A DNA stretch of 1,248 nucleotides from assembly GCF_003334335.1 (NCBI RefSeq), contig NZ_QOWQ01000115.1; one strand, given 5' to 3'. This document shows, piece after piece, positions 1-1,248 of the stretch. The stretch's first letter is position 1. Each line of letters opens with the position of its first letter. The notes beneath the pieces were generated by a model. The model saw only the letters and a program-made list of their open reading frames with translations. It searched no databases and had not been told where the DNA came from. This stretch comes from Escherichia coli. Lineage in GTDB: Bacteria > Pseudomonadota > Gammaproteobacteria > Enterobacterales > Enterobacteriaceae. The position numbers were made by a program, and so were the translations under genes.

Positions 1-40
1 CTGCGATCAGCAGGATCAGCGCGCCGACTATCTGTAACAT
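1..40 (-). CDS. yeeR: Start of a downstream co-directional gene with a hydrophobic N-terminus (putative inner-membrane protein); 3'-partial, only 13 codons in window
   Basis: ATG at 38-40 (minus) preceded by GGAG with a 5-nt spacer. Translation MLQIVGALILLIA is strongly hydrophobic (transmembrane-like or signal-like). It lies 120 bp downstream of the flu stop on the same strand; in E. coli K-12 the gene after flu in CP4-44 is yeeR, a predicted membrane protein. The symbol is assigned by synteny and memory, not by a verified sequence match. Confidence 0.4.
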   Translation of the reverse strand, partial: MLQIVGALILLIA

Positions 41-45
41 AGTCA

Positions 46-49
46 CTCC
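46..49 (-). promoter_or_regulatory. Shine-Dalgarno sequence (GGAG) for the downstream gene
   Basis: Minus-strand sequence reads ...cacGGAGtgactATG; GGAG sits 5 nt upstream of the ATG at 40. Confidence 0.4.
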
Positions 50-115
50 GTGATGAATATCATGTTATTGTTAATGCCAGCGAATGTGGCGTTGAATATC
101 CGTTGCGCCGGTCCG

Positions 116-140
116 GGTCCCGATCATGATGACCGGGACC
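116..140. other. GC-rich inverted repeat / stem-loop in the flu 3' intergenic region (perfect 7-bp stem ggtcccg/cgggacc, 11-nt loop containing the palindrome ATCATGAT)
   Basis: Positions 116-122 ggtcccg are the exact reverse complement of 134-140 cgggacc; the loop 123-133 is atcatgatgac. It begins 21 nt past the flu stop codon. No U/T tract follows on either strand, so it is not a canonical intrinsic terminator; it may be a 3' stabilising hairpin or a partial terminator. Confidence 0.35.
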
Positions 141-160
141 ACAGAGAGGCGATGGTTCTG

Positions 161-1248
161 TCAGAAGGTCACATTCAGCGTGGCCTGACCGTTATAGCCT
201 TCAGCGCTGCTGCCGCTGACGCTGTGGACATAACCTGCCTGAACGCCCAGGGTGATATTTTCCCGGACACGGGCTTCCAGTCCGGCCTGCAGGTCCAGTG
301 ACGTACCATTCTGTGACGGTGAGAACGTCATGTTACTGCCGGCTGCGGCTGTACCCATGCTCATGTCCCCCCGGGAGCTGAAGGTGCGGATAACAGAAGG
401 CTGTACCCACCAGTTCACCGGCAGTTCACGCACACTGTGTTTGGCACTGCCGCGCAGGGTGTCACGGGATGAGGTGCCTTTACCAAAGTTCATATCGTGG
501 TGGCTGCCCAGACGGAAGCCGGCACGCACATGTTGTGCACTGCCATGCCCGAACTTCACATAACTGGCGTTATCCTGGCCGTCATCCAGGGAGAGTCCCT
601 GCCAGGTGTACTGCAGTTGCGGCTCCAGCATCAGATTGTCAGTGATACTGAAGGGCAGACCGGTTTCCAGCGAACCCAGCCAGCCCCAGCCCCGGACGCG
701 GAAGTCGTTATTGTCCGATGAGGCTTTCATGCTGTGGCGGGTTCCCTGGGCCACAATGTCAGCCCACAGGCCGGAGGCGTTGTGTATCAGATTCAGGTAT
801 CCGCCCAGGCTGCCGGCATCATCCCGGACCGTGCCGGCACGGGAGCCGTCATCATCCTTAACATCAACGGAAGAATGGCCAGCAGCACCATATACCCCCG
901 CGGTCACAGACATACCGGCAACCTCTGTTCTGAGCAGGTCACCCTCCAGACGGACGAAGCCATAGCTGCCGCTGCTTTCCGGCGTGGCTCCACGGGCAAT
1001 ACCGCCGTTGTTATCGTGACCGAGATGACCGCCCTGAATGCTGAGACGGACGCTGTTATTTTCACCGCTTACACCGGTCTGATGGCTGCGGGAGCCTGCC
1101 AGAATCCGGTCATAGTCCATTGCCTGTGTCAGCATGGAGGCGTATAGGGGGACTTCAGCACGATAACGTTCTTCACTGCGCAGATACCAGCTCTCATCAC
1201 TGTCCCGGTTGAGGGAGTAGTTAAAGGCACCGGCCTGCAGCTTATTCC
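161..1248 (-). CDS. flu: Antigen 43-type (AIDA-I family, type Va) self-associating autotransporter, C-terminal beta-domain/translocator; 5'-partial, gene continues beyond the right window edge
   Basis: Minus-strand frame is open from 1246 to the TGA stop at 161-163 (checked codon by codon from 1136 to 1246: no stops). The Met at 1135 has no purine-rich RBS upstream (cccctatacgcctcc-ATG), so it is internal. The protein ends ...SGSSAEGYNGQATLNVTF with a terminal Phe, the classic outer-membrane beta-barrel C-terminal signature. Amphipathic beta-strand-like segments are present (YGFVRLEG, GWGWLGSLETGLPFSI, HVRAGFRLGS, WWVQPSVIRTFS, ITLGVQAGYVHSV). The sequence matches my recollection of E. coli Ag43 (flu); allele or paralog cannot be assigned without alignment. 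Confidence 0.8.
   Translation of the reverse strand, partial: NKLQAGAFNYSLNRDSDESWYLRSEERYRAEVPLYASMLTQAMDYDRILAGSRSHQTGVSGENNSVRLSIQGGHLGHDNNGGIARGATPESSGSYGFVRLEGDLLRTEVAGMSVTAGVYGAAGHSSVDVKDDDGSRAGTVRDDAGSLGGYLNLIHNASGLWADIVAQGTRHSMKASSDNNDFRVRGWGWLGSLETGLPFSITDNLMLEPQLQYTWQGLSLDDGQDNASYVKFGHGSAQHVRAGFRLGSHHDMNFGKGTSSRDTLRGSAKHSVRELPVNWWVQPSVIRTFSSRGDMSMGTAAAGSNMTFSPSQNGTSLDLQAGLEARVRENITLGVQAGYVHSVSGSSAEGYNGQATLNVTF

Noticed and set aside
1-130. GATC (Dam) sites at 5-8, 14-17 and 122-125 as candidates for the agn43 phase-variation switch.
   Set aside because: The known OxyR/Dam switch lies in the regulatory region upstream of the flu start, which is outside this window. These sites are downstream or in the next gene, and GATC occurs this often by chance.
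116-140. Calling the hairpin a Rho-independent terminator.
   Set aside because: No U/T tract follows the stem on either strand, so it is recorded only as a stem-loop of uncertain function.
50-301. Plus-strand 83-aa ORF starting with GTG at 50 and spanning the intergenic spacer into the flu 3' end.
   Set aside because: No Shine-Dalgarno upstream (agtcactcc), it overlaps 141 bp of the flu CDS on the opposite strand and the RBS/start of the downstream minus-strand gene, and the translation has no recognisable features.
1133-1135. ATG at 1135 (minus), offered by the ORF track as the start of a 324-aa protein.
   Set aside because: The frame stays open upstream to the window edge, there is no RBS in front of this ATG, and the upstream residues form continuous autotransporter-like sequence, so this is an internal Met of a longer gene.
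252-1147. Four overlapping plus-strand ORFs (252-563, 497-721, 606-965, 734-1147; 74-137 aa) that could be read as a novel antisense gene cluster.
   Set aside because: All lie fully antisense to a strongly supported autotransporter CDS. GC-rich genes commonly show long stop-free antisense frames. The translations are low-complexity (Pro/Arg/Ala/Ser-rich) with no recognisable domain, and the ORFs overlap each other in different frames.
1-1248. A previously undescribed biological system (defence island, toxin-antitoxin pair, CRISPR, novel RNA).
   Set aside because: The window is fully accounted for by a recognisable autotransporter beta-domain, a short spacer and the start of the next gene. 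There are no repeat arrays, no unexplained conserved-looking non-coding stretch, and no additional credible ORFs.

Overview
Almost the whole window is the 3' part of one minus-strand gene encoding the C-terminal translocator (beta-domain) of an AIDA-I-type self-associating autotransporter, which I recognise as Antigen 43 (flu/agn43) of E. coli. The reading frame is open from the window's right edge (1248) to a TGA stop at 161-163, and the protein ends ...GYNGQATLNVTF. Downstream (lower coordinates) is a 120-bp intergenic spacer with a GC-rich inverted repeat (116-140), then a Shine-Dalgarno GGAG and an ATG at 40 that opens a second minus-strand gene with a hydrophobic N-terminus (MLQIVGALILLIA...) running off the left edge. 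By synteny this is probably yeeR of the CP4-44 prophage-like island. The five plus-strand ORFs in the track lie antisense to flu or across the spacer and I judge them spurious. I see no CRISPR array, RNA gene, mobile-element end or unexplained coding capacity: this looks like a known locus, not a novel system. All identifications are from reading the translation and from memory of the family; no database search was run.
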